Counted from the first letter of the stretch, positions 36,399 to 47,573 are shown. The stretch: DNA of 64,000 nucleotides from Burkholderiales bacterium (GCA_031277215.1 JAITMR010000073.1:10502-74501); one strand, 5' to 3'. Notes: generated by a model not told the origin, from the sequence alone. Numbers and translations: made by a program.

Positions 36399-37604
36399 AT
36401 GATGAACGATTTTCTTTTTACGTCGGAGTCGGTTTCGGAAGGTCACCCCGACAAAGTGGCCGACCAGATTTCGGATGCCGTACTCGATGCCATTCTGGCG
36501 CAAGACCCACAGGCACGAGTAGCGGCGGAAACGCTGGTTTCTACGGGGCTTGTAGTGATGACCGGCGAGATCACGACGCACGCTACCGTTGACTACGCGA
36601 ACGTCGCTCGTTCGGCAATCCGCCGGATCGGCTACAACGATCCGATGCTGCGTTTTGACGCCGATGGTTGCGCCGTGATGGTGTGCTACGGCCATCAGTC
36701 GCCCGACATCGCGCAGGGCGTTGACCAAGCTTCGGATGAAGCGCTTGATCAGGGCGCGGGCGACCAGGGGCTGATGTTCGGCTACGCCTGTGACGAAACG
36801 CCAACGCTGATGCCGTTCCCGATCTATTACGCGCACCGGCTGGTTCAGCGCCAGGCCGACGTGCGGCGCGATGGTCGCTTGCCGTGGCTACGGCCTGACG
36901 CCAAATCGCAAGTCACTGTCCGTTATAGCGAAGGCCGACCCGTAGCCATTGACACTGTCGTTCTCTCAACCCAACACCATCCCGAGATGAACGACAGGCA
37001 AGACGCATTAGCCGAGGCGGTAATCGAAGAAATCATCAAGCCGGTGTTGCCGATCGAAATGCTCAAAGGCACGCGCTTTCTGGTTAATCCGACCGGGCGT
37101 TTCGAGATCGGCGGCCCGCATGGTGACGCCGGACTGACCGGACGGAAAATCATCGTCGATACCTACGGCGGCGCCGCGCCGCACGGCGGCGGTGCTTTCT
37201 CCGGAAAGGACCCGTCCAAAGTTGACCGCTCGGCGGCTTACGCGGCGCGCTACGTCGCCAAAAACATTGTCGCCGCCGGGCTGGCGCGGAAATGTCAGGT
37301 ACAGCTCTCTTATGTCATCGGCGTTGCCCGGCCCATCAATGTGACCGTTCACACCGAAGGCACCGGCGCTATCGACGACGCCAAGATCGCAGCGCTGGTC
37401 AACGCCCATTTCGATCTGCGCCCCAAGGGCATCACCAAAGCGTTACAATTGTTACGCCCAGTTTATGTAAAAACTGCCGCATATGGTCACTTTGGACGCG
37501 ATGAGCCGGAATTCACCTGGGAGCATACCGATAAAGTGCCATTGCTGCGCGAAGCCGCCGGGCTGAAAGGCGAAGCTCCGACACAAAAATCTGCAACCAT
37601 TTGA
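36399..37604 (+). CDS. metK: S-adenosylmethionine synthetase
   Basis: [25 protein letters not shown] and [16 protein letters not shown]. Confidence 0.95.
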   Translation: MMNDFLFTSESVSEGHPDKVADQISDAVLDAILAQDPQARVAAETLVSTGLVVMTGEITTHATVDYANVARSAIRRIGYNDPMLRFDADGCAVMVCYGHQSPDIAQGVDQASDEALDQGAGDQGLMFGYACDETPTLMPFPIYYAHRLVQRQADVRRDGRLPWLRPDAKSQVTVRYSEGRPVAIDTVVLSTQHHPEMNDRQDALAEAVIEEIIKPVLPIEMLKGTRFLVNPTGRFEIGGPHGDAGLTGRKIIVDTYGGAAPHGGGAFSGKDPSKVDRSAAYAARYVAKNIVAAGLARKCQVQLSYVIGVARPINVTVHTEGTGAIDDAKIAALVNAHFDLRPKGITKALQLLRPVYVKTAAYGHFGRDEPEFTWEHTDKVPLLREAAGLKGEAPTQKSATI

Positions 37605-37688
37605 TTTTTATTAATTTTTATACCATGCTGAGAGCGTCGAAATTTTCTCTGAGCCGATTTTTTGACAGGGCTGTTTTGATAGACACCT

Positions 37689-37809
37689 AAGGAAGCTCTG
37701 AATAAACCATTCCGTCATTCTGCACGTAGCGCATCGTCATCCTGCGTGGGGCGCAGCGGAAGCGCAGGACGACGAACAGTGAATAGGGAGTTGTTCAGAT
37801 GTCCCCTAA
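37689..37809. repeat. MITE-like ~115-bp element, copy 2
   Basis: Same orientation and same termini as 2368-2480 (aaggaagctctgaataaaccattccgtcattctgc...gaacagtgaatagggagttgttcagatgtcccctaa). Confidence 0.8.
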
Positions 37810-37857
37810 TCGCATTATTTTTTTTAACACTTTGAAATTATTGAAAAAGGAATCATC

Positions 37858-37998
37858 ATGGCCGAACGTACCCGTACCCGCCGCAACACCATCGAACGCC
37901 GCTGCCTCGGCAAAACCTTCAAACGCATGTTCGTCGGCGCCCCGAAAGGCGTTTTCAAGATGCTGGAGCAAGTGAAAAAACCGAAATCTGGAAAATGA
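37858..37998 (+). CDS. hypothetical small basic protein (46 aa)
   Basis: The ATG is preceded by aaaaagg. Translation: MAERTRTRRNTIERRCLGKTFKRMFVGAPKGVFKMLEQVKKPKSGK. It is below the track's size cutoff and no family was recognised. Confidence 0.3.
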   Translation: MAERTRTRRNTIERRCLGKTFKRMFVGAPKGVFKMLEQVKKPKSGK

Positions 37999-38315
37999 GC
38001 GCACGCTGTTTGCATTAGTGCGTAAGAGGTTTGTGTATAGCCCCTTTCTGGCTTTACCTCTTCTTTTTGTATGCGCGTACTCCGCGTGCACAAGGTCTTG
38101 ATTCAGCGCGTTCGGGCTTGGCAAAGGGAGCTCATGCAAAAGGGATTGCCTTCGGGCGATCCTGCTCTGCTACTTTGCGCATCCAAATTGCAATGAGGTA
38201 ACGGTAGAAAAAACGATTCGAAAAGAATAAAAAGAAAAGCTACCGAGGAAATAAAAAATAATTAAACTCAACAAAAACAACATGTTGTGTTTTTTTGAGG
38301 GGCAAATGGAAAGAT

Positions 38316-38331
38316 TGGCACACTCCTTGCG
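38316..38331 (+). promoter_or_regulatory. sigma-54 (RpoN) promoter TGGCAC-N5-TTGC
   Basis: tTGGCACactccTTGCg with canonical GG-N10-GC spacing, about 75 nt upstream of the pilin ATG. Confidence 0.75.
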
Positions 38332-38404
38332 TGAGGTGATGCAAGCCCTGCGTTATCTGGGCAGGGGTTCCTAAGTAGTCTCTCCTCTTTTGAAAGGAAA
38401 TATC

Positions 38405-38878
38405 ATGAAATCTGTACAAAAAGGTTTTACCCTGATCGAGCTGATGATCGTTGTAGCGATTATTGGTATTTTGGCGGCGATTGCGTTGCCAGCGTATATG
38501 GATTACACAATGCGCGCCAAGGTGGGTGAAGGTGTAATGGCGGCTAGCAAGTGTCGTTCTGCGGTAACCGAAGTTTATCAGACGGGCGAACCCTCTCCAG
38601 GGGCTGATAACTTTGGATGCGAGTATGATGACGCTGGCGGTGCCGCACCCGACGCAACGAGATATGTCCAAACTGTGTCAACAGATGATGATGGTCTTGT
38701 CACGATAACGTTCCGGAATATCGGCGCCGGTGTTGACACCAACACCATCACCTTGACTCCGGAAGATAATGGGGGGACTGCAATGACGGTTACGGGAACT
38801 CCGCAAAACGTTTTTGTATGGGTTTGCCGCAATACGTTTTCGAAATCCAACTATGCGCCGGCTAACTGCCGTAACTAA
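38405..38878 (+). CDS. pilA: type IVa major pilin
   Basis: Short leader MKSVQKG followed by [25 protein letters not shown]-terminal Cys pair ([15 protein letters not shown]). Confidence 0.9.
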   Translation: MKSVQKGFTLIELMIVVAIIGILAAIALPAYMDYTMRAKVGEGVMAASKCRSAVTEVYQTGEPSPGADNFGCEYDDAGGAAPDATRYVQTVSTDDDGLVTITFRNIGAGVDTNTITLTPEDNGGTAMTVTGTPQNVFVWVCRNTFSKSNYAPANCRN

Positions 38879-38899
38879 TCGTGGTTTAGATGTAACCTT

Positions 38900-38926
38900 G
38901 AGAACCGCCCCTTTGGGGCGGTTCTC
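38900..38926 (+). terminator. 12-bp-stem hairpin after the pilin gene
   Basis: gagaaccgcccc-ttt-ggggcggttctc. It is not followed by a T run. Confidence 0.5.
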
Positions 38927-38993
38927 AAATGGCAAAAAATTTCGGCAAGGTAATGCAAAAACTGGAATATCCAATCGCTTTAAGTAGAACAAT

Positions 38994-39734
38994 ATGAGTC
39001 GGTTGCAAGCGGCGGGAACACATTTGCTGATCAGTTTTGCTATCGCATGCTCGGTAGTATTTCTCATAAAGCTTGTGCTTTACCCTGATTATTATTTTCA
39101 ACTGTCAGGAGGATTCGGTCTCCTGCTCTTAATCATAGGGGTTGATGTTACTGTTGGTCCACTGCTAACGCTGATTGTTTATAAACAAGAAAAGAAAACA
39201 CTTATATTTGATCTTGCTGTTATTGCAGTTTTGCAAGTGGCCGCCTTGGCTTATGGCGTGTATGCCGTATGGGTTTCACGACCAGTTTATAACGTTTTTG
39301 TCATAGACCGGTTTTCGGTCGTTGCCCCTGTTAATATTGAAAAAGGGAACCTTGAGAAAGCAGCGCTGGAATATAAAAATTTTTCGTGGTATGGCCCCAG
39401 GTTGGTTTCGGCTGAATTGCCGAGTAAAGCAGAAGAACAGTTGCAGATCACTTTTTCTGCATTGCTCGGAGCAGATATTGAGACCTATCCGCAATATTAC
39501 GTCCCGTTCGAGTCTAAAAAAGTGCAAGTCGCAGAAAAATCAAAGCCTCTTTCTGATTTGCGAGGAAAAACGCCGAAAGCATCAAAGCTTATCGATGGTT
39601 TTTTGCGCCGCCAAAAAGGAAGGGAAGAGGATTATCGCTATCTTCCAATAAAAGGGTTTTCGCCGGATTCTATGTCGATGATCGTTACAACAGACGGTAC
39701 GCCAGTGACGGCTTTAGCAATTGATCCGTGGTAG
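38994..39734 (+). CDS. TfpX/TfpZ-like pilin accessory membrane protein
   Basis: 246 aa with three N-terminal TM helices. It lies directly downstream of the pilin gene and has visibly lower GC. The family call is made from memory of the TfpZ/FimB arrangement. Confidence 0.5.
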   Translation: MSRLQAAGTHLLISFAIACSVVFLIKLVLYPDYYFQLSGGFGLLLLIIGVDVTVGPLLTLIVYKQEKKTLIFDLAVIAVLQVAALAYGVYAVWVSRPVYNVFVIDRFSVVAPVNIEKGNLEKAALEYKNFSWYGPRLVSAELPSKAEEQLQITFSALLGADIETYPQYYVPFESKKVQVAEKSKPLSDLRGKTPKASKLIDGFLRRQKGREEDYRYLPIKGFSPDSMSMIVTTDGTPVTALAIDPW

Positions 39735-42545
39735 ATGTGACGTTAAGTATTTCCCGGTAAAACTCTTCTTATCTTTCGCCACTTTTTCCGGTGCTCCTTG
39801 AACAAGGAGCTTCCCTCCGTTGTCTCCCCCTTCCGGCCCAAGGTCGATGATCCAGTCGGCGGTTTTGATCACGTCAAGGTTGTGTTCGATCACGACGATG
39901 GTGTTGCCGTGGTCACGTAGCCGATGGAGAACGGCAAGAAGCTGTTCGATGTCGTGGAAGTGCAAGCCAGTGGTGGGTTCGTCAAGGATGTAAAGTGTAC
40001 GGCCTGTGTCGCGTTTGGAGAGTTCGAGCGCCAGTTTGACGCGCTGGGCTTCACCGCCGGAGAGGGTTGTCGCTGACTGGCCGAGGGTGATGTAGCCGAG
40101 GCCGACATCAAGCAAGGTTTTCAGTTTTCGTTCGACGTTGGGTACCGGCGCGAAGAATTCGTGCGCTTGTTCGACGGTCATCGACAGAATGTCGTGAATG
40201 TTTTTTCCTTTGTAGCGGATTTCGAGCGTCTCACGGTTGTAGCGCTGTCCTTTGCACAGGTCGCAGGGAACGTAGATGTCGGGAAGAAAGTGCATTTCGA
40301 CTTTGATCACGCCATCGCCTTCGCAAGCCTCGCAGCGTCCGCCTTTGACGTTAAAGGAGAAGCGCCCCGGCGCGTAGCCGCGTTCACGTGATTCTTTGAC
40401 TTGCGCAAACAATTCGCGTATCGGCGTAAAAAGGCCGGTGTAGGTCGCCGGGTTGGAACGCGGCGTGCGACCAATCGGCGATTGATCAACATCGATAACT
40501 TTGTCGAAGTGCTCAAGGCCGTCGATGGTGTCGTAGGGTGCCGGTGCTTGCGCACTGCCGTAGAGATGATGAGCGACGGCGCGGTACAGGGTGTCGTTGA
40601 TCAAAGTCGATTTGCCGGAACCGGAAACACCGGTGACGCAGGTGAAAAGGCCGACCGGAAGATTCAGTGTGACGTTTTTCAAATTGTTGCCGCGTGCGCC
40701 GGTCAGTGTCAGCCATTTGCCTTTTTTCGGCGCGTGGCGTTGTTTCGGTATTTCGATGCGACGTTTGCCAGAAAGGTATTGTCCGGTTAGCGAGCGCGGT
40801 GCTTTGCGGAGGTCTTCGACTTTTCCTTGTGCGACAATTTCCCCGCCATGTTCGCCGGCGCCTGGCCCCATGTCTACAATAACATCGGCGGTGCGAATCG
40901 CGTCTTCATCGTGCTCGACGACGATAACGGTGTTGCCGAGGTCGCGCAGGTGTTTCAACGTTTTGAGCAAGCGCTCGTTGTCGCGTTGATGCAAACCAAT
41001 TGAAGGTTCATCGAGAACGTACATTACACCCGTCAATCCGGAACCGATCTGACTGGCCAAACGGATGCGTTGCGCTTCGCCGCCGGACAGCGTTTCCGCA
41101 GAGCGGTCGAGCGACAGATATTCCAGGCCGACATCGTTGAGGAAGGACAAACGCGCAGTAATTTCTTTGACGATTTTGTCGGCGATTTGAGCGCGTTGTC
41201 CGGTGAAGCAGAGGTTCTTGAAAAATTGTGTGGCTTCTTTCAGTGAGTCTGCGCTGATTTTATGAATGGCGCGGTTGCCGACTTTGACGTTGCAGGCTTC
41301 GCGCCGTAACCGTGAGCCGTGGCATTCGGGGCAGGGTTTGTCGTTGAGGTATTTCGCCAGTTCTTCGCGCACGGCGGTGGAGTCGGTGTCACGGTAGCGG
41401 CGCTCCAATGTGTTGACGATGCCCTCGAACGGGTGTTCACGAATGACGGTGCGACCGCGTTCGTTGGTGTAAGGAAACGGAATCGCATCTTTGCCGGAAC
41501 CGTAAAGAACGAGTTGACGAATTTTTTCCGGCAGTTTGTCGAACGGTTTTTCGAGATCGAATTTCGCGTGTTTCGCAATGCCTTGCAGTAGTTGAAAATA
41601 ATATGGATTGCGTTTGTCCCAGCTTTTGATTGCGCCGGAAGCCAGCGACAAATGCGGAAACGCGACGACGCGCTGCGGATCGAAGAAGGTGATGGCGCCG
41701 AGGCCGTCACACTTCGGGCACGCGCCGACCGGGTTGTTGAATGAAAACATCCTCGGTTCCAGTTCGGCAAGCGCGTAGTTGCAAATCGGGCAGGCAAAAC
41801 GCGCTGAGAACAAGTGTTCTTCGTCACTGTCGAGATCAACAGCAATGGCGCGTGAGTCGCCATGTTGCAAGGCGGTTTCAAACGATTCGGCAAGGCGCTG
41901 CTTGAATTCGGGGCGGAGTTTGAGACGGTCAACAACAACTTCCAGGGTGTGCTTGGTGTTCTTCGCGAGCTTCGGAACGGCGTCGATTTCGTACACCACG
42001 CCATCAACGCGGATGCGCACAAAACCTTGACCGCGCAGTGCGTCGATCAAGTCGTGGTGCTCGCCTTTGCGGTTGACCATCAGCGGCGCCAAAATCATCA
42101 ATTTCGTATCTTCCGGCCAGGACAGCACGGCATCGACCATTTGCGAAACGCTCATCGCGTCCAGTTTTTGTTCGGGATGGTCGGGGCAATACGGTTCGCC
42201 AACACGCGCAAACAACAATCGCAAATAATCATGAATTTCCGTCACCGTACCGACGGTCGAGCGCGGGTTGTGCGACGCTGCTTTTTGCTCAATCGAAATG
42301 GCCGGCGACAAACCTTCGATCAGATCGACATCGGGTTTTTCCATCAACTGCAAAAATTGGCGTGCGTAAGCCGACAAGGATTCGACGTAACGCCGTTGCC
42401 CTTCCGCGTACAGCGTATCAAACGCCAACGAGCTTTTGCCGGAACCGGACAAGCCGGTGATCACGATCAGCTGATGACGCGGCAAATCGAGATTGATGTT
42501 TTTGAGGTTGTGGGTTCGCGCACCGCGAATGCGTAAATAATCCAT
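39714..42545 (-). CDS. uvrA: excinuclease ABC subunit A
   Basis: 943 aa. [17 protein letters not shown], two Walker A motifs ([18 protein letters not shown]) and zinc-finger Cys motifs. Confidence 0.97.
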   Translation of the reverse strand: MDYLRIRGARTHNLKNINLDLPRHQLIVITGLSGSGKSSLAFDTLYAEGQRRYVESLSAYARQFLQLMEKPDVDLIEGLSPAISIEQKAASHNPRSTVGTVTEIHDYLRLLFARVGEPYCPDHPEQKLDAMSVSQMVDAVLSWPEDTKLMILAPLMVNRKGEHHDLIDALRGQGFVRIRVDGVVYEIDAVPKLAKNTKHTLEVVVDRLKLRPEFKQRLAESFETALQHGDSRAIAVDLDSDEEHLFSARFACPICNYALAELEPRMFSFNNPVGACPKCDGLGAITFFDPQRVVAFPHLSLASGAIKSWDKRNPYYFQLLQGIAKHAKFDLEKPFDKLPEKIRQLVLYGSGKDAIPFPYTNERGRTVIREHPFEGIVNTLERRYRDTDSTAVREELAKYLNDKPCPECHGSRLRREACNVKVGNRAIHKISADSLKEATQFFKNLCFTGQRAQIADKIVKEITARLSFLNDVGLEYLSLDRSAETLSGGEAQRIRLASQIGSGLTGVMYVLDEPSIGLHQRDNERLLKTLKHLRDLGNTVIVVEHDEDAIRTADVIVDMGPGAGEHGGEIVAQGKVEDLRKAPRSLTGQYLSGKRRIEIPKQRHAPKKGKWLTLTGARGNNLKNVTLNLPVGLFTCVTGVSGSGKSTLINDTLYRAVAHHLYGSAQAPAPYDTIDGLEHFDKVIDVDQSPIGRTPRSNPATYTGLFTPIRELFAQVKESRERGYAPGRFSFNVKGGRCEACEGDGVIKVEMHFLPDIYVPCDLCKGQRYNRETLEIRYKGKNIHDILSMTVEQAHEFFAPVPNVERKLKTLLDVGLGYITLGQSATTLSGGEAQRVKLALELSKRDTGRTLYILDEPTTGLHFHDIEQLLAVLHRLRDHGNTIVVIEHNLDVIKTADWIIDLGPEGGDNGGKLLVQGAPEKVAKDKKSFTGKYLTSHLPRINC

Positions 42546-42798
42546 ATAGTGTTATTTCTATAAATAATTTGCCCTTTCTCCGACCCGCTTCTTTTCCAAA
42601 AGAGGTGTCCGTCGAAGACGGACGGAGTTTGTTTCTCCTGCCCCTTTCACGCTCTGGATTTTCACTTTCGCGGGAATGACAGGAAGAGGAGAACAGTGTC
42701 CAAGGCTAACCTGATACTATACTGCGTTTCGACTTTCCGATTCGGCTCAAGTTTTCAGGCTGCCGCCGACAGCCAATTGCAAATCGCCCACCCTTATC

Positions 42799-44034
42799 AT
42801 GCCCGACGACATATCATCCCCACGCGCCTCCTCCCGCCCGCAAATGACGGCTGCCGAGCGTAGCGCGACCATCAACCTTGCCGGAATTTTTGGCTTGCGG
42901 ATGATGGGGATGTTCATTATCTTGCCAGTGTTCGCCTTCTATGCCGAAACGATTCCCGGCGGCGATAACCGTCTCCTGATCGGCATGGCGCTTGGTATTT
43001 ACGGGCTGACTCAGGCGTTGCTGCAAGTTCCGTTTGGCTGGGCATCCGACCGTTATGGACGCAAGTCATTGATTTATATTGGGTTGATCATTTTTGCCAT
43101 CGGCAGCTTTGTGGCGGCGTGGGCGCCGACGATCTTCTGGGTGGTGATTGGCCGGACATTGCAGGGCGTCGGCGCGATTTCCGGCGTGGTGATTGCGCTG
43201 GCCGCCGACCTCACGCGACCCGAAGTGCGTACCCGGGCGATGGCCGTGATCGGCATTACCATCGGCGCGACTTTTGCGTTGTCGCTGATGGCGGGTCCCG
43301 TGCTCAAAAACTGGATCGGTGTACCGGGCATTTTCATGCTGACCGGCATGCTGGCGCTGGTGGCGCTCGCCGTTGTCCGCTATCGGGTTCCCGAACCGCA
43401 AAAAGTGTCGCATGGCCGCCGGGTTGAGATGCGCGATTTCAACAAAGTGCTGATGGATCCACATTTGCTGCGGCTGAATATCGGCATTCTGTCGCTTCAT
43501 GCCATCCTGATGGCGCTGTTTGTGCAAGTGCCCTTCGATTTACGTGCTGCCGGGCTGGCCGCCGAGTCGCACTGGCAGGTTTACCTGCCGGTATTGGTCG
43601 GCTCCGTGCTGTTGATGATGCCGGCGATTCGTCGGATCGACCAGCCGCGCTACGGGCGCTGGATGTTCAGCGGCGCTATCGTCGTCCTGCTGCTGGCGCA
43701 GGCCTTGCTGATGTTTTCGCAACAAAACCTGATCTGGCTGGTGGTTGCGCTCCTGGTGTTTTTTACCGCCTTCAACCTGCTCGAAGCTACGCTGCCCGCG
43801 CTGGTTTCCAAACAAGCCCCCGTGGAACTCAAAGGCACGGCAACCGGCGTTTATTCGAGCCTGCAATTTCTGGGGGCGTTCATCGGCGCGGCGGCAGGCG
43901 GCGCACTGGCGCAGTATTGGGGCGAAATGACGGTTTTTGGGTTCTGCCTGGGACTGAGCCTCATCTGGCTTATCGCCAGCCTGACCGCGCCAAGGGAGCG
44001 GGGATCAGAGGCCAGAACAGAGACCGGGGATTAG
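42799..44034 (+). CDS. MFS transporter
   Basis: 12-TM profile with the MFS loop motif GWASDRYGRK. The last codons run into a degenerate heptamer repeat. Confidence 0.8.
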   Translation: MPDDISSPRASSRPQMTAAERSATINLAGIFGLRMMGMFIILPVFAFYAETIPGGDNRLLIGMALGIYGLTQALLQVPFGWASDRYGRKSLIYIGLIIFAIGSFVAAWAPTIFWVVIGRTLQGVGAISGVVIALAADLTRPEVRTRAMAVIGITIGATFALSLMAGPVLKNWIGVPGIFMLTGMLALVALAVVRYRVPEPQKVSHGRRVEMRDFNKVLMDPHLLRLNIGILSLHAILMALFVQVPFDLRAAGLAAESHWQVYLPVLVGSVLLMMPAIRRIDQPRYGRWMFSGAIVVLLLAQALLMFSQQNLIWLVVALLVFFTAFNLLEATLPALVSKQAPVELKGTATGVYSSLQFLGAFIGAAAGGALAQYWGEMTVFGFCLGLSLIWLIASLTAPRERGSEARTETGD

Positions 44035-44053
44035 GAATCAGATATCGTTCCCC

Positions 44054-44085
44054 AACCGCTTCGATTTCAAGAGAAGCGGTTTTTT
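44054..44085 (+). terminator. rho-independent terminator after MFS gene
   Basis: aaccgcttc-gatttcaaga-gaagcggtt followed by tttt. Confidence 0.75.
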
Positions 44086-44154
44086 GCTACAGGAAGCATG
44101 CCCGCTCTGGTACGATAATGCCTGTTTTCATTGCTTTCAGAACAAGGAACCCTC

Positions 44155-44616
44155 ATGGCCTCAGTCAACAAAGTCATCCTGCTCGGCAATCTTGGGCGTG
44201 ACCCGGAAATGCGTTACACCACCGACGGCGCCGCCATATGCAGCTTCAGCATTGCTACCAGCGACCAATGGCGCGACAAAAACAGCGGCGAAAAACAGGA
44301 GCGCACCGAATGGCACCGCATCGTCCTGTTCGGGCGCACCGCCGAGATCGCGGGCGAATACCTGAAAAAAGGGCGCCCGGTCTATATTGAAGGGCGGCTA
44401 CAAACAAAGAAATGGACAGATAAAGACGGTATCGAACGCTACACCACCGAAATTGTTGGCGACCGGATGCAACTGATCGGTAGCGGCGACCGCAGCGGCA
44501 CCAGCGATGCCGCGTTCAACGACAACGCGCCATCATCAACGCAGCGCACCTCCGCTGCTCCAGCGGGTGGGACGGGAAAGAACGTCGATGATTTCGACGA
44601 CGATATTCCGTTTTGA
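44155..44616 (+). CDS. ssb: single-stranded DNA-binding protein
   Basis: [21 protein letters not shown]..., a Gly/Ser-rich linker and the acidic tail DDFDDDIPF. Confidence 0.95.
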   Translation: MASVNKVILLGNLGRDPEMRYTTDGAAICSFSIATSDQWRDKNSGEKQERTEWHRIVLFGRTAEIAGEYLKKGRPVYIEGRLQTKKWTDKDGIERYTTEIVGDRMQLIGSGDRSGTSDAAFNDNAPSSTQRTSAAPAGGTGKNVDDFDDDIPF

Positions 44617-44844
44617 GGAATCATCACGCAGGGGCGAATAATGATTCGCCCTTATCGTTTGTCCCGCATGTGGTCGCAGAGGTCGTGGTGAACGCAGCAA
44701 ACCGCGACAAAGGCGGCGAGCGTTTTGTTTTCTCTGATTTCTGATCCCTGCTCTCCATGTTCCAACAGTTATTCTCCGCACTTCTGCGTGAACTCCTGCA
44801 AAACAAGGAGGTATTTTATGCAACCGGCGCATCGACGGCACGTT

Positions 44845-45336
44845 CTATAACGCCGAAGCGTTTTCGCGGACGGAAGCCATGCGTTGCAGATAGGCCTCCA
44901 AGTCGTCAGGCTGGAACACCAACAACGACGCTTCGGCGAGCAAGGTGCCGTCAAGATGGCGGATCGTGCAGGACATGGCGACCAAGCCATCGTCGGCCAT
45001 GAGGTCTTCATCGGCGGTGATGCGAAGGGTATCACCGGCATGAAATTGCGATACGTGGCTTTGGTAATGGCGCGTTCCCACCAGGAAACCGATTCTGACG
45101 GGTAACTGTCTCTCCAGCGCCCGCCAACCGGCCAGAACGCCGACGGTTTGCGCCATGTATTCAATGCCGACCCAGCCGGGAACAGCGGCGCCATCACAAA
45201 ACGGGCTGTCGATCTGAAGCGTCACTTCACAAACGGTGTGCGATTCAGAGGCCTCCACGAGACGATCCAACAAAACCATCGGAGGGCGATGCGGAAGATA
45301 ATCAACAACGGGGCGGTAAGCTAGGCGGTGGCTCAT
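44845..45336 (-). CDS. hotdog-fold FabA/FabZ-like (ApeP-type) dehydratase family protein
   Basis: 163 aa counted from MSHRL. YLPHRPPMVLLD and GIEYMAQT are motifs typical of hotdog dehydratases. Confidence 0.6.
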   Translation of the reverse strand: MSHRLAYRPVVDYLPHRPPMVLLDRLVEASESHTVCEVTLQIDSPFCDGAAVPGWVGIEYMAQTVGVLAGWRALERQLPVRIGFLVGTRHYQSHVSQFHAGDTLRITADEDLMADDGLVAMSCTIRHLDGTLLAEASLLVFQPDDLEAYLQRMASVRENASAL

Positions 45337-45477
45337 GGCGTCATCCCTTAATTTTACTGTGTCATAAAAGTAATTTTTGCTTGTTTGCCCGCGGCGGGGG
45401 CAGTGGCCGAGACGAGCGAGCAGCGCGTAGCCGAGTTTGTGGCGCAGCGTTGTGATTGAGTGAGCCACATTTTGCGG

Positions 45478-46287
45478 TTAATTCTCTTTGATTTCCAAAA
45501 CCCGACAGCCTGCTTTCGATAGCTCCAGATACGGGCCACCAGTCCTCCAATCGGGCAACACAATACGCTCACGTTCGCGCCCATGAAGGTCGAAATGGTA
45601 GGTGTCGGGTCGATGGGTATGGCCGTGAATCATCCGATTCGCGTCATGCTCGAGTAAACAAGCGGCAACGGCGTCCTGATTCACGTCCGTTTGATAGTCG
45701 GTCTTGCTCTGCGCCTTGTTCATGCTGCGGCGACGAAAATGTCCGGCCATCCAACGCCGCAAAAAAAGCGGAAGCGCCAGATATTGCCGGATTCGTGACG
45801 GCGTGCGCCAGAAACGACGCGCCGCCTGATAGTCGGCATCGTCGGTACACAAAGCATCGCCGTGCGTCAGCACCGTTCGCACACCGTAAAAATCGAGCGC
45901 ACAAGGATCGGGAAGCAGCGTAACTCGCGCCTCTCGCGCAAACCGTTCGCCGATCAGAAAATCGCGGTTCCCGTGCTGTAAAAAGACCGACCCGCCCGCT
46001 GCTTCGATTCCAGCCAGATGACGCGCAACCTCCTGATAATACGGCTCACGCAACTGATCGTCGCCCAGCCAGTAGTCGAACAAATCGCCGAGGATGTAAA
46101 CAGCGGTTGCTTCCCGTGCCGATCCGGCGCAAAACGCCTCAAAGCATCGCGTCAACAGCAGTTGCTGCGGCGACAGATGCAAGTCCGAAAGAAACAGGAT
46201 TGATCCCGCTTCCTCCCTTTCAAGAGGAGGGATGAAGTGGGAATGGGGTAGCTCCGTCCCAATGGCTGCTGGCGAAGAAAGGTTCAT
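45478..46287 (-). CDS. lpxH: UDP-2,3-diacylglucosamine hydrolase
   Basis: Metallophosphoesterase motifs LFLSDLHL, GDLFD, GNRD and GHTH. The start is uncertain (see finding). Confidence 0.85.
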   Translation of the reverse strand: MNLSSPAAIGTELPHSHFIPPLEREEAGSILFLSDLHLSPQQLLLTRCFEAFCAGSAREATAVYILGDLFDYWLGDDQLREPYYQEVARHLAGIEAAGGSVFLQHGNRDFLIGERFAREARVTLLPDPCALDFYGVRTVLTHGDALCTDDADYQAARRFWRTPSRIRQYLALPLFLRRWMAGHFRRRSMNKAQSKTDYQTDVNQDAVAACLLEHDANRMIHGHTHRPDTYHFDLHGRERERIVLPDWRTGGPYLELSKAGCRVLEIKEN

Positions 46288-46365
46288 ACTACTCACACCA
46301 TAGTATAAAAAACGCTGCCGTGTGATCTCTCAATCACGGCAGCGTTTTAAACAACTTCCATCCCA

Positions 46366-46872
46366 TCAGGAGATGGCTTCAATGCTATTGATGATGATAT
46401 CGCTCTTCGGCACATCCTGATGAAACCCGTAACTTCCCGTCGGCTGCATCTTGATTTCGTCGATGACGTTTTCGCCTTCAATCACCTTGCCGAACACGCA
46501 GTAACCCCAGCCCTGCGCCGTAGCGCCCTTGAAATCCAGAAATGCGTTGTCTTGAACGTTGATGAAAAATTGCGAGGTCGCCGAATGCGGATCGGTCGTA
46601 CGCGCCATCGCTACTGTGTACATCTCGTTCTTGAGCTTGTTATTGGCTTCGTTGTCGATCGGGTCACGCGTCGGTTTTTCCTGCATTCCCGGCAGGAACC
46701 CTCCCCCCTGAATCATGAAATTGCTGATGACCCGGTGAAAGATGGTGCCGTTGTAATGGCCTTCGCGCACGTATTCAAGAAAATTGGCGACCGTTTTCGG
46801 TGCCTGTTTGCCGTTCAGTTCTATCGTGAAATCACCGTAATTGGTGCTTACCCGAACAAGTGAATTTTTCAT
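46366..46872 (-). CDS. ppiB: cytoplasmic cyclophilin-type peptidyl-prolyl isomerase
   Basis: FHRVISNFMIQGGG, and no signal peptide. Confidence 0.9.
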   Translation of the reverse strand: MKNSLVRVSTNYGDFTIELNGKQAPKTVANFLEYVREGHYNGTIFHRVISNFMIQGGGFLPGMQEKPTRDPIDNEANNKLKNEMYTVAMARTTDPHSATSQFFINVQDNAFLDFKGATAQGWGYCVFGKVIEGENVIDEIKMQPTGSYGFHQDVPKSDIIINSIEAIS

Positions 46873-46904
46873 AATGCTCCCCCTGTCTTTTGGAAGTAAT
46901 TTAC

Positions 46905-47561
46905 CTATTCCTTTTTTTCCGATGCGTCGCCGCTTTTGGCAGCTTCCACTTTAGCGGCCTCAGTTTTGGCAACCTCTACAACGGAGGCTTTCCGAATCAC
47001 GATCGGCGTTTTGGGGACATTGGCATGACCGCTTTGTTGGCCGGTTTCGACCTTGGCGATTTTGCTAACCACGTCCATCCCCTCGATGACTTTGCCGAAT
47101 ACGGTGTAGCCAAACCCTTGCGGCGTCGAAGCGGTATAGTCGAGGGGCACGTTGTTGGCAACATTGATGAAAAACTGCGCGGTGGCCGAATGTGGATTGT
47201 TCGTTCTCGCCATCGCGATGGTGCCAATGGTATTTTTGGCGCCCGCTTTCTGATTCTCTTCGCCTTCGTTGGCCACCGGCGGCCGGGTCGGTTTTTGCTG
47301 GAATTTGTCGTCAAAACCTCCGCCCTGGATCATAAACCCGTCAATCACCCGATGAAACTGCGTGCCATCGTAAAAGCCGGACTTGACGTATTCGAGGAAA
47401 TTTTCAACCGTTTTCGGCGCTGCCTGCGGAGAAAGTTCCAGCTTGATCTTACCCATCGTCGTGTCGAATTCCACCTGCGGCGCGGCTGCCATCGCTGCGC
47501 CCGCCCCAAATCCCATCGCCAGAAAAAAAGACATCACTCTTGCCCATACATAACGCTTCAT
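46905..47561 (-). CDS. ppiA: periplasmic cyclophilin-type peptidyl-prolyl isomerase
   Basis: Signal peptide and FHRVIDGFMIQGGG. It has an extra Ala/Lys/Glu-rich C-terminal tail of about 25 aa. Confidence 0.9.
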   Translation of the reverse strand: MKRYVWARVMSFFLAMGFGAGAAMAAAPQVEFDTTMGKIKLELSPQAAPKTVENFLEYVKSGFYDGTQFHRVIDGFMIQGGGFDDKFQQKPTRPPVANEGEENQKAGAKNTIGTIAMARTNNPHSATAQFFINVANNVPLDYTASTPQGFGYTVFGKVIEGMDVVSKIAKVETGQQSGHANVPKTPIVIRKASVVEVAKTEAAKVEAAKSGDASEKKE

Positions 47562-47573
47562 CGTTCTTTCTCC

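Noticed and set aside
42711-42726. Possible LexA/SOS box CTGATACTATACTGCG between uvrA and the MFS gene
   Set aside because: It is not a CTG-N10-CAG palindrome, because the right half reads CTG rather than CAG. No better box was found near ssb either.
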